Source of the DNA: a virus
IMG/VR virus record: IMGVR_UViG_3300023202_000142
Location: 96,001-160,000 of that record
Direction: 5' to 3' (one strand)
DNA: 64,000 nucleotides
The position numbers and the translations under genes are program-made. The notes below the pieces were generated by a model. The model had not been told where the DNA came from. It worked only from the letters and a program-made list of their open reading frames with translations, and ran no database searches. This document shows positions 17,991 through 27,920 of the stretch, in pieces. Position 1 is the first letter of the stretch, and every line of letters starts with the position of its first letter.

Positions 17991-19511
17991 GTGAATAACG
18001 TGATGCACGAGGCGAGAGGCGTCGACCCGGGTGGTCGCAACCTCCAGGACCTCGGATATATCCAACAGCTCACTGAGAAGTGGAGTCCGTATCTGGGCAT
18101 GATCCCGGAATCAAATTCGGCGTTCGACACGCGCAGGGCCTCGATGGCCATGCTGCTGGAGAACACCTGGAACGACATCCTGTCGACGGCAGGTCGTCGG
18201 TCCGCACAGCACCTCAACGAGGCTGACGCCTCGGTGACCGGCGCCATCGCGGACTACACCCAGACCATCTTCCCCGTCCTGATGAGGGTCTTCCCGAACC
18301 TCATCGCGCATGAGCTGGTAAGCATCCAGCCCATGGCGGGTCCCGTCGGTGCCGTGTTCTACTTCGAGTACAAGCACGCGACGCAGAAGGGTCGGGTCCA
18401 GGTCAACGACAACCTCATCGAGACGTTCGATGAGCACTACAGCTCGGAGTTCATCGACAACGAGCTGGTCGCGAACGGAAACGGGACCGATTTCGGTGGC
18501 GGTGGTGCCGCCCTGTCGGCGACGCTGACGTTCACGCCGGTTCTGCCGCTGAACACCAACGTCAGTGATCCGCAGATTCGCGTGCGAATCGTGGAGATCG
18601 ACAACACCGGCGCTGAGGTCCAGGAGGCCATCGACGACGGTGCCGGTGGGTTCACCGGGGATGTCAGTGCGGGGTCCATCGACTACACGACGGGCGCCAT
18701 CACGGGCTTCCTGTTCACGGCCGCTCCCGCAGCGACCAGTGAGGTCGCCGCGTTCTACTTCTACGACTCGGAGAACAACGAGCAGGTGCCCAGGGTCACT
18801 CTGGACATCCAGCTCAACGAGATTCGTGCGAAGACGCGCAAGCTGAACATCGAGTGGAGCGCAGAAGCTGCCGACGACCTCCGTGCCCTTCACGGCATCG
18901 AGGGCGAGGGTCAGCTTCTCGCTGGTGTTTCGAACGAAATCGGGCTGGAAATCGACCGCGAAATCCTTCGGGACATCGAGTCGAACGTCAGCATCACCGA
19001 CACGTTCAATCGCACCGGTGCCCCCAGCGGCATCAACGAGCTGGACTACCTGCGCACGCTGCTCACGAAAATCACGACCATCGGGTCGAAGATTCACAAG
19101 AACAGCAAGCGCGCGCCGGCCAACTGGCTGGTCACGTCGCCCGAGGTCGCCGCGCTCTTCGCGCAGTTCCAGGGCCACGGAGACTTCGTGCCGGCCGCCC
19201 CGACTGAGGAGCGCCCTTCGTCGTACGGCAACATCACGTCGGACTACGGCATCTTCCGGTACGGCAACCTGATGCAGCGCTACGCTGTCTACCAGGACCC
19301 GTTCATCACGGACTCCACGGTACTCATCGGCCTCAAGGGCCGTTCGTATCTGGATGCAGGCTACGTGTACGCTCCGTACATCCCCCTGCAGATGACACCA
19401 ACCTTCCTCGACCCCGCAGACCAGTCGTACAAGAAGGGTCTTCGGACGAGGTACGCGAAGAAGCTGCTTCGCTCGTCGTTCTACGGCAAGGTCACCGTCC
19501 AGAACCTGTGA
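17991..19511 (+). CDS. Major capsid protein, T4 gp23-like, with ~105-aa insertion
   Basis: VSIQPMAGPVGAVFYF, KTRKL..WS.EAADDL..HG, EIGLEIDREIL, GYVYAPYIPL, GLRTRYA. Confidence 0.97.
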   Translation: MNNVMHEARGVDPGGRNLQDLGYIQQLTEKWSPYLGMIPESNSAFDTRRASMAMLLENTWNDILSTAGRRSAQHLNEADASVTGAIADYTQTIFPVLMRVFPNLIAHELVSIQPMAGPVGAVFYFEYKHATQKGRVQVNDNLIETFDEHYSSEFIDNELVANGNGTDFGGGGAALSATLTFTPVLPLNTNVSDPQIRVRIVEIDNTGAEVQEAIDDGAGGFTGDVSAGSIDYTTGAITGFLFTAAPAATSEVAAFYFYDSENNEQVPRVTLDIQLNEIRAKTRKLNIEWSAEAADDLRALHGIEGEGQLLAGVSNEIGLEIDREILRDIESNVSITDTFNRTGAPSGINELDYLRTLLTKITTIGSKIHKNSKRAPANWLVTSPEVAALFAQFQGHGDFVPAAPTEERPSSYGNITSDYGIFRYGNLMQRYAVYQDPFITDSTVLIGLKGRSYLDAGYVYAPYIPLQMTPTFLDPADQSYKKGLRTRYAKKLLRSSFYGKVTVQNL

Positions 19512-19542
19512 GCCTGTTGCCCCGGGCGGGGCATTGATAATG

Positions 19543-19559
19543 TGTGCACGGATTGCACA
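19543..19559. promoter_or_regulatory. Perfect operator copy TGTGCA-CGGAT-TGCACA
   Basis: Intergenic palindrome; TG-A-TAATGT extended -10 at 19535-19543 on +, TTGACA at 19566-19561 on -. Confidence 0.65.
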
Positions 19560-19686
19560 TTGTCAAGCCCCGGGGGCCAGGTTTCACCCATAGTCTGCAA
19601 TCCGGCAGACGTACCGACTCAGACTCGTTGTTGCCTCTGGCGCCACGATGTCCGAGACTTGGGAGGGCTAACCGCCCTCCCTTTTT
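19549..19686 (+). ncRNA. Candidate small structured RNA downstream of the capsid gene
   Basis: 9-bp stem CGGATTGCA/TGCAATCCG, long hairpin 19618-19656, ends in an intrinsic terminator. Confidence 0.45.
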
Positions 19687-19690
19687 CTTT
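19661..19690 (+). terminator. Rho-independent terminator
   Basis: GGGAGGGC-TAACC-GCCCTCCC followed by TTTTTCTTT. Confidence 0.9.
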
Positions 19691-19702
19691 GCAGGAGCAC
19701 AC

Positions 19703-20284
19703 ATGAAGAACCGATTGCGTCTACGCCGTGACCAGTCGGGCCAGGTGTTTCTCGGCAGTTACGAGTACAACCAGCCCGAGCGCATCAGCCTGACCCAGGA
19801 CCAGCCCTTCGTCGATGAAGCGTTGCGGGCCAAGGGGTTCACGGCCGAGGAAATCGAAGAGCAGATGGAGGGGTACGAGATTTACGTCCCCCAGATCCTC
19901 GCCAGGGTGCCGCAGCCCGTTCCGGCTTCGGACCTCGCAGCCGAACTGCAGGCTGCGGTCTCTGACCCCGAGCCTGACCCTGAACCGGAGGACCTCGCGG
20001 AAGAGACCGAGGACCCGGCCGAAGAGGATGACGAGGACGACGAGGACGATGTGGCGCCAGAGGACATCGCGGATGACCCCGAGGAGCTTCAGGTCGACGA
20101 CTTCAATGATGTCCAGGTGCCGCCGGTGTCGGAGATCAAAGAGATGACGCGCGACGATCTCGCGGGGCTTGCCGAGCGGCTGGGGGTCGAGAATGAAATC
20201 GAGGGTACCGGTGCAAACGGGTACGTCACTGTGCCTGATCTCAGGCGTTTTCTGATTCCGTACGTCGCGGAACTTCGAGACTGA
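19703..20284 (+). CDS. Acidic-linker protein with small C-terminal helical module (start reassigned from 19544)
   Basis: AGGAG RBS; D/E/P linker; C-terminal DDLAGLAERLGV..EGTGANGYVTVPDL resembling E3-binding/HeH-type modules. Confidence 0.75.
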   Translation: MKNRLRLRRDQSGQVFLGSYEYNQPERISLTQDQPFVDEALRAKGFTAEEIEEQMEGYEIYVPQILARVPQPVPASDLAAELQAAVSDPEPDPEPEDLAEETEDPAEEDDEDDEDDVAPEDIADDPEELQVDDFNDVQVPPVSEIKEMTRDDLAGLAERLGVENEIEGTGANGYVTVPDLRRFLIPYVAELRD

Positions 20285-20292
20285 GGTAGCCC

Positions 20293-21357
20293 ATGGCCTT
20301 GGTATTTCAGGCTCTGGAGCCCAGTTACGCCCTTACCGGCACGGCTCCGAAACATCAGATTCAGTTCTTGGACCCCAACACGGGGGCACCAACGAATCCG
20401 ACCAGTGTCGAATCGCTGGAGGTGTTGGACTCTTCTGGGAGTGTTCTGAGGACGTTCATTCCGCCCACCATCGTCAATCTCTCTACGGGGGTCTACGAGG
20501 TTCAGGACGTCGTGATTGACGATGCGGACGTTTTGCAGCTTCGGTGGACGTGGATTGAGGATGCTGCGCAGCGAAAGGCGATTTCGGCCTTCGAGGTCGT
20601 GTCGTCGACATCTAACACCACTCAGACTCAGATCAAGAATCACGTCATGGCCCAACTCGGCACTGGTGTCATGAACGTTGCGCTGCCTAGCGGCACGTTG
20701 GATTTCTGTCTGGTCCAGGCTCTGAACTGGTACGCGATGTGGCATGGTCAGCCCCAGCGAACCGAGATCAACTTGGTGGCAGACCAGGTTGAATACCCTG
20801 TGGCCGATGACTGCTACTATGTCTATGATGTCGCGTTTCAAGGGGATGTAACGCGGGTTGCTGATGCTCTTGGCGCTTTTGGGATCTACGGTTTCGCGCA
20901 GCTCGGAATGAGTTCGATCCCTGTTCAAGATCTCTTTGGCCCAGGCGGCGCCAACGGGTTTTACAGTAGTTTGGTTCAGTCCCTGCAGTACAGCGAGATG
21001 GGTCGTCGCGTTCTCAGTTCTCAGCCGAGCTGGGAGTGGTTTCCGAACCCCAGGCGAACGCTATGGGTGTTTCCGGCACCGAACAAGGCGAGCAAGGCTA
21101 TCGTCGACTATGTCAGCACTGAGGTGAATCTGACGTTCTTCGAGCCCCACGAATACCACTTCATTCAGCAGTACACGCTGGCTGAGGCAAAGGAAGCGCT
21201 GGCGAGGATCCGCGGCAAGTTCTCGGGCTACGCCACGGCTGAGGGCGAGCGCAACCTCGACGCTGACCAACTCCTCAACGAGGCTCTGGAGTTGCGGATG
21301 ACGCTCAATGAGAAGATTACGCTCTACGCGCCCGCGGGCGGGGTAGTCTTCAGCTAG
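20293..21357 (+). CDS. Neck protein, T4 gp13-like
   Basis: IKNHVMAQLG..V.L..LDFCLVQAL and QQYTLAEAKEALARIRGKF..G..LDADQL patterns. Confidence 0.8.
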   Translation: MALVFQALEPSYALTGTAPKHQIQFLDPNTGAPTNPTSVESLEVLDSSGSVLRTFIPPTIVNLSTGVYEVQDVVIDDADVLQLRWTWIEDAAQRKAISAFEVVSSTSNTTQTQIKNHVMAQLGTGVMNVALPSGTLDFCLVQALNWYAMWHGQPQRTEINLVADQVEYPVADDCYYVYDVAFQGDVTRVADALGAFGIYGFAQLGMSSIPVQDLFGPGGANGFYSSLVQSLQYSEMGRRVLSSQPSWEWFPNPRRTLWVFPAPNKASKAIVDYVSTEVNLTFFEPHEYHFIQQYTLAEAKEALARIRGKFSGYATAEGERNLDADQLLNEALELRMTLNEKITLYAPAGGVVFS

Positions 21358-21365
21358 GAGGAAAG

Positions 21366-22013
21366 ATGCGGATTGTCGACTCAGCAGGCAACAGGTACTG
21401 GCTTTCGGTGGAGTCCCTTGAGGACGTCTGTGTGGGCACTCTAATGGAATCCTTTTGCGCGGCCGGCTATCCGGTATCAGACGTCAGAAAAGTGGTTCAC
21501 GAGGGCCGCGGTCGAGTTCTCATCGAGTTCTCCGGGGATGTTGATCTGTTTGAGGCCAAGAAGGCCATCGACAATGGTAAGTCGGCCGGGGATATCCCAG
21601 TCCAGGGCCACCACTATCGCCTCAAGGGCCAGATGGTGTTACGGACGACCTACGACACCCCGATCACGCTGCCCCAGAATACGGTTCTGAAGCACGCGGG
21701 CGACACGATGACTCAGAGCCAGTTCTGGGTGCAGAACGGCAAGCACAAGGACGTTACGGTCCGCATGAGTGGCGCTGAGTGGCATCTCCACAGTGGTCAG
21801 TTGATTGATCTTGGCGACGACCTCAGCCTTGGCAAGGGGTCGGGCAAGCCGAAAGTGCCGAACAAGTTGGAGCCGGTAACGAAGGGCGGGGCGGGCGCCC
21901 AGGGGCCTGCTCCTGGCCTGAAGCCGCCAAAGCAGAAAAAGCCCAAAAAGAAGGGGTTCCCCCCGTTTCCGAAACGGACCCCCTTGTCGGCCTACATGGG
22001 CAGTAAGAAATGA
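21366..22013 (+). CDS. Hypothetical virion-associated protein
   Basis: GAGG RBS, structural operon, basic P/K/G tail. Confidence 0.65.
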   Translation: MRIVDSAGNRYWLSVESLEDVCVGTLMESFCAAGYPVSDVRKVVHEGRGRVLIEFSGDVDLFEAKKAIDNGKSAGDIPVQGHHYRLKGQMVLRTTYDTPITLPQNTVLKHAGDTMTQSQFWVQNGKHKDVTVRMSGAEWHLHSGQLIDLGDDLSLGKGSGKPKVPNKLEPVTKGGAGAQGPAPGLKPPKQKKPKKKGFPPFPKRTPLSAYMGSKK

Positions 22014-22975
22014 CGAACCCGCTGACCAAACAGTTCACGAACCCCAAGCTGCTGTCGGGGTACCCCAAGGAGATCATCTATCAGTGGAATCTCGCGCGGG
22101 AGTACGTCTTCCATGTCGGTGCCGAGCCGCGTGATGGTTTGCTCCTGCAGGGGGCCCTGCCGGTGCCAGACATGCTCTCCAGCGGGAACGCGAACACTGG
22201 GCTAGGGGTCGGTGAGGCGATCGATCCCCCGACGAGCCTGGGGGTCAGAATCTGGCGTGGATGCCCCGGACAGGTCGACGACATCTATGGGGATCCGCTT
22301 CCAGAGGCTTCGGAGTTCAACGCGCCGCGTGTGACCATGGGTCTCGTCAAGTTCGATGAGCAGGGCGACAAGATGGTCGAACTGATGGAGTGGGGACACC
22401 AGTTCACGCGCGAGGCGCGTATCTCAATCCCGTTCATCCATCACATCGAGAACGAGATTCCGCCGCCCCAGGAGGGTGATCTCGTGGAGTTCTGGGCTCG
22501 GAGCTGGCATGAACTCGGAGTGTTCTACGATGTCGTGCATGTCGCCCGGAACGGGTTCATCAACGACACCTCCTATTTCGTGCAGTGGGTTTGCCGTCTG
22601 AGGCGCCGCGACGATTTCCTTCCTGAGCGACGACTGCTCGACTCAGGCGCCCCGGCAACCGAACCGACGACCTTGCCTCCGGTCGTTACGGATGATGATC
22701 CAGAGTTCGAGTCTGTCCACGCTCAAGACACCTTCGAGATTGTGGATGATACCGATTACACCTATCTGCTGACCCATGAGCCTATCATCGGCACGGAGGA
22801 TGTTTATCTCAACGGTGTTCACCTCGTCGCGGGTGCGGGGTTCGACCCCCAAGGGTCCCTGTTCGACGTCAGTGGGTACGTTATAAACGGCAAAGAGGTT
22901 ATCCTGAGCAGCAACACCGTGCTGTGTGTCGACGATATTTTGCACGTCGAATACGACTATCTGAGCCCGGTGTAA
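22010..22975 (+). CDS. Head completion/neck protein, T4 gp14-like, with C-terminal VYLNG module
   Basis: FTREARISI..PQEGDLVEF..FYDV pattern; follows gp13-like gene. Confidence 0.6.
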   Translation: MTNPLTKQFTNPKLLSGYPKEIIYQWNLAREYVFHVGAEPRDGLLLQGALPVPDMLSSGNANTGLGVGEAIDPPTSLGVRIWRGCPGQVDDIYGDPLPEASEFNAPRVTMGLVKFDEQGDKMVELMEWGHQFTREARISIPFIHHIENEIPPPQEGDLVEFWARSWHELGVFYDVVHVARNGFINDTSYFVQWVCRLRRRDDFLPERRLLDSGAPATEPTTLPPVVTDDDPEFESVHAQDTFEIVDDTDYTYLLTHEPIIGTEDVYLNGVHLVAGAGFDPQGSLFDVSGYVINGKEVILSSNTVLCVDDILHVEYDYLSPV

Positions 22976-22993
22976 CTCGTACCGGAGTAGGCA

Positions 22994-23437
22994 TTGGGCC
23001 GCGGAAAGGTCAGAGCTGAGACGCAGGTCGACAACCGCTCGTGCTCAAACCCTGGAGAGGGTCACTTCATCCAGGCCGACGGCACGATCACCATGTTCGC
23101 CGATCTCGATCTCGGCGGAAACAGGGTCATCAATGTCGATACTCCGGTCGATGGTGCCGATGCGGTCAACAAGGACTACGTCGACGATGCTATCGCGTCG
23201 ATCACGCTTCCAACGATCCCGACGGAGTCCATTGAGTACTTTGACGTGTCTGGTCTTGGTGACGACACCTATGTGCTCGCAGACACGCCGGACCCAGGCA
23301 CAGAACGGGTGTACTTGAATGGAGTTCTGCTGCGCCCCGGGGCTGCCAATGACTACACGATCGCTGGAGACACCGTGACGATGCAGCGGGTTGTGAAGGC
23401 CCAAGATGTTGTGGCGGTCGAATACGCATTCGGTTGA
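22994..23437 (+). CDS. Small virion structural protein
   Basis: TTG start with GGAG RBS; P..GADAVNKDYVD fibre motif and VYLNGVLL..DYT module. Confidence 0.65.
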   Translation: MGRGKVRAETQVDNRSCSNPGEGHFIQADGTITMFADLDLGGNRVINVDTPVDGADAVNKDYVDDAIASITLPTIPTESIEYFDVSGLGDDTYVLADTPDPGTERVYLNGVLLRPGAANDYTIAGDTVTMQRVVKAQDVVAVEYAFG

Positions 23438-23491
23438 TTTGGGGTCCGAACAACCTGATAATCGACCCAGGTCAACCTTGAGGAGCACATC

Positions 23492-25060
23492 ATGGCGGTC
23501 ACACTGGTACGGCAGGACACTCAGATTCGCAAAAGCGATCTGTATGATGATTCGATCACCCCGACAGAAGCCGCGTTCGAGACCAACGCTGCTAACATCG
23601 AGGATGATCTCAACAATATTCGTTCGCAGCTCCACAACCTCCTGGATGTGCAGGGGTCGGACTGGTGGGCTGACCTCGTCGCCCCTTCGGCCTTGGAAGC
23701 CGGTGCGCAGCGCGGCGTCAACGACCTGAACGACGCCCTCCATCTCGTCGAAAAGAAGCGCATCCTTCGCGATGTTCTGAACTTCACGGACATCACGGTC
23801 CCGAACGGGCAGAACTACGTGGTGCTGGGCGCGGGCGAGCTTCCGGCAAACACGACGGCGGCCGTTGGTGCTGTCACAACTCTTGGTACTGTCGTCGCAG
23901 AGCACGCCGGGACGTTCGGCACCCACGCGCTGGATGAAGTCAGTGGCCCGAACGCCGTGAGCCCGAAGAACCTTCTGGTCATTGTCGACGGTTCGACGCG
24001 AGACCAACTCCTCTCCAGTGGTCGAGAGGTCTTTGGTCTGCTCCAGTCCGAGGATGGTACTGACGGGCACACGATCACTGACGCGACGACGACTCGTGTT
24101 CAGATCAGCTTCGTTCGCATCAATGCGACTGGTGACGACCTCGAAGCGGTTCCGGTCGCCGACATCGAAGATGAGGTCATCAACTATTCGTCTCGTGAGC
24201 GAGTCCGTCTCGAAGACCTGAATGAGGCGGACTTCTTGAAGCCGGCCAAGGTTGACACCCCGCCGGGTGCTGGAACCGTTGATCGCCAGGCTGTCTACGA
24301 CCAGCAGGGCACTACGGCCGTTGACCTGACGACGAACGCAACCCTCGATCTGGAAGGCCCGGGGCTTACCTGGCTCATCCGAGATGATGCTGAGGCGAAC
24401 CTGTTCGGTGTCGTCGAGGGGTCGGCTGGCGGCACGAGCCAACTCAACATCTACTCGGCAGTTGACGAGTTCGACGTCGACGCGGCCGTCAATGATTTCG
24501 ATGCAGGCGTCTCGACGAACTCGGGCGGCACCCGTCCGATCGATGTCGGTGTCAATGACGGTGAGGTGGAGTCCACGTCAGGTGACCTGATGGTCCGCGC
24601 GGCTGCGGAGCTTCTGCTTGATGACGTCAACCAGACCGGCTCCACCTGGGCGCAGGACGGCATAAAGCTGTCGGAAAACACGACTGAGTGGGATGATTTC
24701 GAGGTGGCTTTCGGGGGGGAGGTCAGTCTTCTGAATGCCATCGTGCAGGCGAACGCTGGAAACACGACGCGTCAGATCGCCCGCGCGAAGGTCCAGAACG
24801 GCAATCACTCGTCAGGGACGAACATCACTGGCGCCGGCGGCACCCCCGAACTGACTGCGCAGCTCATTGATTACAGTTCGATGACGTTCGTGGATGATGT
24901 CGATGTCTACCTGAACGGCATCTTACTGTTCCCGGCGGCCGGCGCGACCGAGGATGTTTACCCCGGCGACACTCCGGCGGACGGCGACCTCAAATTCACG
25001 TTCTCGGTGAAAGGGAGCGGCGCCAACCCCGATGTGATCACGATGATCACCTGGGGGTAA
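23492..25060 (+). CDS. Virion structural protein (beta-rich, acidic)
   Basis: GAGGAG RBS, 522 aa, C-terminal VDVYLNGILL module. Confidence 0.75.
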   Translation: MAVTLVRQDTQIRKSDLYDDSITPTEAAFETNAANIEDDLNNIRSQLHNLLDVQGSDWWADLVAPSALEAGAQRGVNDLNDALHLVEKKRILRDVLNFTDITVPNGQNYVVLGAGELPANTTAAVGAVTTLGTVVAEHAGTFGTHALDEVSGPNAVSPKNLLVIVDGSTRDQLLSSGREVFGLLQSEDGTDGHTITDATTTRVQISFVRINATGDDLEAVPVADIEDEVINYSSRERVRLEDLNEADFLKPAKVDTPPGAGTVDRQAVYDQQGTTAVDLTTNATLDLEGPGLTWLIRDDAEANLFGVVEGSAGGTSQLNIYSAVDEFDVDAAVNDFDAGVSTNSGGTRPIDVGVNDGEVESTSGDLMVRAAAELLLDDVNQTGSTWAQDGIKLSENTTEWDDFEVAFGGEVSLLNAIVQANAGNTTRQIARAKVQNGNHSSGTNITGAGGTPELTAQLIDYSSMTFVDDVDVYLNGILLFPAAGATEDVYPGDTPADGDLKFTFSVKGSGANPDVITMITWG

Positions 25061-25083
25061 TCCCTGATTGATGGTTCGCCCCG

Positions 25084-25118
25084 AAGGGGTTAGCGTCAGT
25101 CTGGCGCTAACCCCTTTT
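25084..25118 (+). terminator. Rho-independent terminator
   Basis: 12-bp perfect stem AAGGGGTTAGCG/CGCTAACCCCTT ending in a T run. Confidence 0.8.
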
Positions 25119-25130
25119 GTAGAGGAGATC

Positions 25131-25805
25131 ATGGACGATAGCTTCAAGCATGATGTTGCCATTGGAGTGACATCCGAGCTGAGTCAAAACTTCAGCCAAC
25201 AGGCCGAGGCCGCCCAGGTGGAAGTTCACCAGGCCGAGGGTGCTGTGCAAGCCTGTGCGCTAGGTTCTCAGCGCATCCAGCAGCTTTCGGAACATCTGGA
25301 CGCCGAACAGGACGAGATGTCCCCAGAGCAGTACGAGGCTGCCAAGAGGTGGGTGTCGAGGTGCTATGGGACGTTGATCAGTCTTCAGAATCAGGTGGAG
25401 GTCAAGATTCATACTCTGTCCGGGAAGGCTCTGGGGCTTCGGCAGGCGGCCGAGCAGGTCGAGAAGGAATGCCGGAAACACGAGAGTCGAAAAATCGCGG
25501 TACAGAACAGTGACGAGGAGGACCCCGCGCGCGCTCGCGTGCTTGGGCGTGACCGAACGCCCGGAACGAGACCGGAGAACTCACTGGCCGATCGGAAACG
25601 ACAGGAGCATGAAGCTGGGCCTGATGTGGATGAGGCCGCGGAAGTTGAACCCGAAGAGCGCGTAGCGGAGGATGTGGGTGTGCCCAGCGATCTGGAGACC
25701 TTGCTGAAGCGGGAACTGATTACCCTCGCCAAGAGCATGGATATCCCGTTCTACGGCACGAAGAGGGAAATCATCGAGAGGATTGAGGATGCCAACACCG
25801 GATAG
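25131..25805 (+). CDS. Coiled-coil protein with C-terminal SAP-like motif (start reassigned from 25068)
   Basis: GAGGAG RBS; LETLLKRELITLAKSMDIPFYGTKREIIERI. Confidence 0.7.
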   Translation: MDDSFKHDVAIGVTSELSQNFSQQAEAAQVEVHQAEGAVQACALGSQRIQQLSEHLDAEQDEMSPEQYEAAKRWVSRCYGTLISLQNQVEVKIHTLSGKALGLRQAAEQVEKECRKHESRKIAVQNSDEEDPARARVLGRDRTPGTRPENSLADRKRQEHEAGPDVDEAAEVEPEERVAEDVGVPSDLETLLKRELITLAKSMDIPFYGTKREIIERIEDANTG

Positions 25806-26238
25806 GACACCGGGGGTCTCTCTGGAAGAGGGGCAGGTCTACGAGGACGAAGGGATCGATCCTTCCCAAGAGGGAGAGGTTCGGTACTCCGGTGGCCAGT
25901 TCAAGATGCAGGACTCGACTGGGATCTTCGATCCTCGTACCGGGGGTATCAGTGAAAGTCAGCATGAAGATCTTGACACCCTTGCTCACGACATTGTGGA
26001 GGACAGCTACGAGGAGCTGACCTACAGTGGCAGTAGGGTCACTAACTCTACTGTGTGGACTGATTCTGGGAAGACGACGAAGATTCGCGAGACTCAGATT
26101 TCTTACAGCGGCAACAAGATCACACAGACTATCGACATCCAGTATGATGCCGCCGGGGTCGAAGCCTACCGCCTGACTTCGGTGCTCACGTACTCGGGCA
26201 ACAAGATTCAGGACATTACTACTACGAGGACACCCTGA
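25789..26238 (+). CDS. Hypothetical structural protein
   Basis: Overlaps both neighbours; repeated LTYSG/ISYSG beta strands. Confidence 0.7.
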   Translation: MPTPDRTPGVSLEEGQVYEDEGIDPSQEGEVRYSGGQFKMQDSTGIFDPRTGGISESQHEDLDTLAHDIVEDSYEELTYSGSRVTNSTVWTDSGKTTKIRETQISYSGNKITQTIDIQYDAAGVEAYRLTSVLTYSGNKIQDITTTRTP

Positions 26239-27920
26239 TGCCGGTGATAGTGTCACAGGTCCTGATTGATGATTCGTCGGACAAAGTTATCTCCGGTGTC
26301 CAGATCTATGATCGTGACAATGGGGGTGTGTTATCAGTTCCTGCCGGATCTTCATTCCCCTCACCTGCGCAACCCGGTGAGCTGTTCTGGCGCACCGATC
26401 TTCAGACGCTCTATCGACGCAATGATGGTGACACTGCTTGGGACTCGGTGTCTGTTGATGACACGACCATAGATCATGGCCAGATCTCTGGCCTCGGTGA
26501 TGATGACCATCCGCAGTACCAAACAGACGTGCGAGCAGATACGTGGCTTGGTACCAAAGATACTGACGACCTCGCGGAGGGCTCGAATCTCTACTACACC
26601 GAGGGGCGTGTTTCTGCGAATTCCGATGTCGCAGCAAATACTTCACACCGGAGTACGACAGGTAACCCGCATTCCACCACCGCTGGAGATGTCGGAGCGG
26701 TTCCGACAAGTGAAAAGGGCGCCGCGAATGGGGTCGCGACGCTGGACGCCGGCGCGAAGGTGCCTGCCGCTCAGATTCCCGCTGTTGCGCTCCCCGAAGT
26801 CTACGTCGTCGCAGACGCCGCTGCGAGAACCGCGCTGAGCGTGCAGGAGGGTGACGAGGCAATCCAGCTTGATGACGGGTCGCACTGGATCTACGACGGC
26901 AGCTCGTGGTTCTTGCGCCCCGGCGTGGCGGTTCCCAATGATACGTTTAACGCGGTCGATACTGTGGGAGGCGTTTCGCTTGACGGTGGTTGGACTGATA
27001 TTCCGTTGACCGTTGTCAACCACGAGACATCGGGATCATTCACATTCAGCGCACCGTCTGCCGACATCACGGTCGAGAACCCCGGCGTCTATGTCATCGC
27101 GGCATACGGAAGCACTGAGAAGACAAGCGGTGGCGACCGTAGTGACTCTGAACTACGGCTGCTCGTCGACACGGGTGGAGGCTACAATGTCGTCTCGGGA
27201 GCGACAGTCCCGATGTACAACCGTAATGGCTCTGAGGGTGACAATAACGCGTCGGTTGTCGTTGCTCTTGATCTGTCTGCTTCGGCTCAGGTGAAGATCC
27301 AGATGCGGACCCTTGGAGGCTCGAATGTCCAGAGTCGGGCGGAAGGTTCGGGTATCACCATTACGTCGACACGGGGACAGAAGGGCGAGAAAGGTGATAC
27401 CGGCGCAGGCTCCAGTGTCAACGTCGAGGACGAGGGCGCAGCGATTGGCGGCGGGCCTCACGACACGCTGAACTTCACGGGCGATCTGGTCAGCGTCTCG
27501 GATGCTGGAAGCGGTCAGGCGGATGTCAGCATTGCGGCACCAGCGAAGGACGATCAACAGGTTTCGGCATCAAGCATCGTCACTGAGACTTCGACGACGG
27601 ATGTCGTGGTGCCGGGCATGTCGATCACGGTTTCGAACTCTGCTGACTATATGCTGTATTTCAGCGGGTTTGCCTCCACAGAGGCCGATGAAGTTCTGTA
27701 TGTCTCGCTCTACATCAATGGTGTGCAGATCGCCGATACTGAGCGTGGAATGAGCGCCCCCGGAGGCGGCCCCGTCAATGATGATGTGCAGGGCACGGTG
27801 GCGATCACATGTCTTAGCGTTGGGGCGACTGCGGGAGACGTAGTTGATGTCCGCTGGCGTGTGAGTGCTGGGAATACCGGTCAATTCGAAGGAAGAACTC
27901 TCACTGTGCTGGAGCGATGA
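26238..27920 (+). CDS. Fibre-like protein with collagen-type triplets and C1q/BclA-like domains
   Basis: GLGDDDHPQY, GAANGVATLD, GQKGEKGDTG, two beta-sandwich-like regions. Confidence 0.7.
   Translation: MPVIVSQVLIDDSSDKVISGVQIYDRDNGGVLSVPAGSSFPSPAQPGELFWRTDLQTLYRRNDGDTAWDSVSVDDTTIDHGQISGLGDDDHPQYQTDVRADTWLGTKDTDDLAEGSNLYYTEGRVSANSDVAANTSHRSTTGNPHSTTAGDVGAVPTSEKGAANGVATLDAGAKVPAAQIPAVALPEVYVVADAAARTALSVQEGDEAIQLDDGSHWIYDGSSWFLRPGVAVPNDTFNAVDTVGGVSLDGGWTDIPLTVVNHETSGSFTFSAPSADITVENPGVYVIAAYGSTEKTSGGDRSDSELRLLVDTGGGYNVVSGATVPMYNRNGSEGDNNASVVVALDLSASAQVKIQMRTLGGSNVQSRAEGSGITITSTRGQKGEKGDTGAGSSVNVEDEGAAIGGGPHDTLNFTGDLVSVSDAGSGQADVSIAAPAKDDQQVSASSIVTETSTTDVVVPGMSITVSNSADYMLYFSGFASTEADEVLYVSLYINGVQIADTERGMSAPGGGPVNDDVQGTVAITCLSVGATAGDVVDVRWRVSAGNTGQFEGRTLTVLER

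Noticed and set aside
18111-19178. 355-aa minus-strand ORF fully overlapping the capsid gene
   Set aside because: Shadow frame of a strongly biased gene; no motif or RBS support
19509-19706. Capsid stop read-through or SECIS (frame stays open 65 codons after TGA, hairpin follows)
   Set aside because: Capsid ends in a typical V.NL terminus; extension is not protein-like and crosses a terminator
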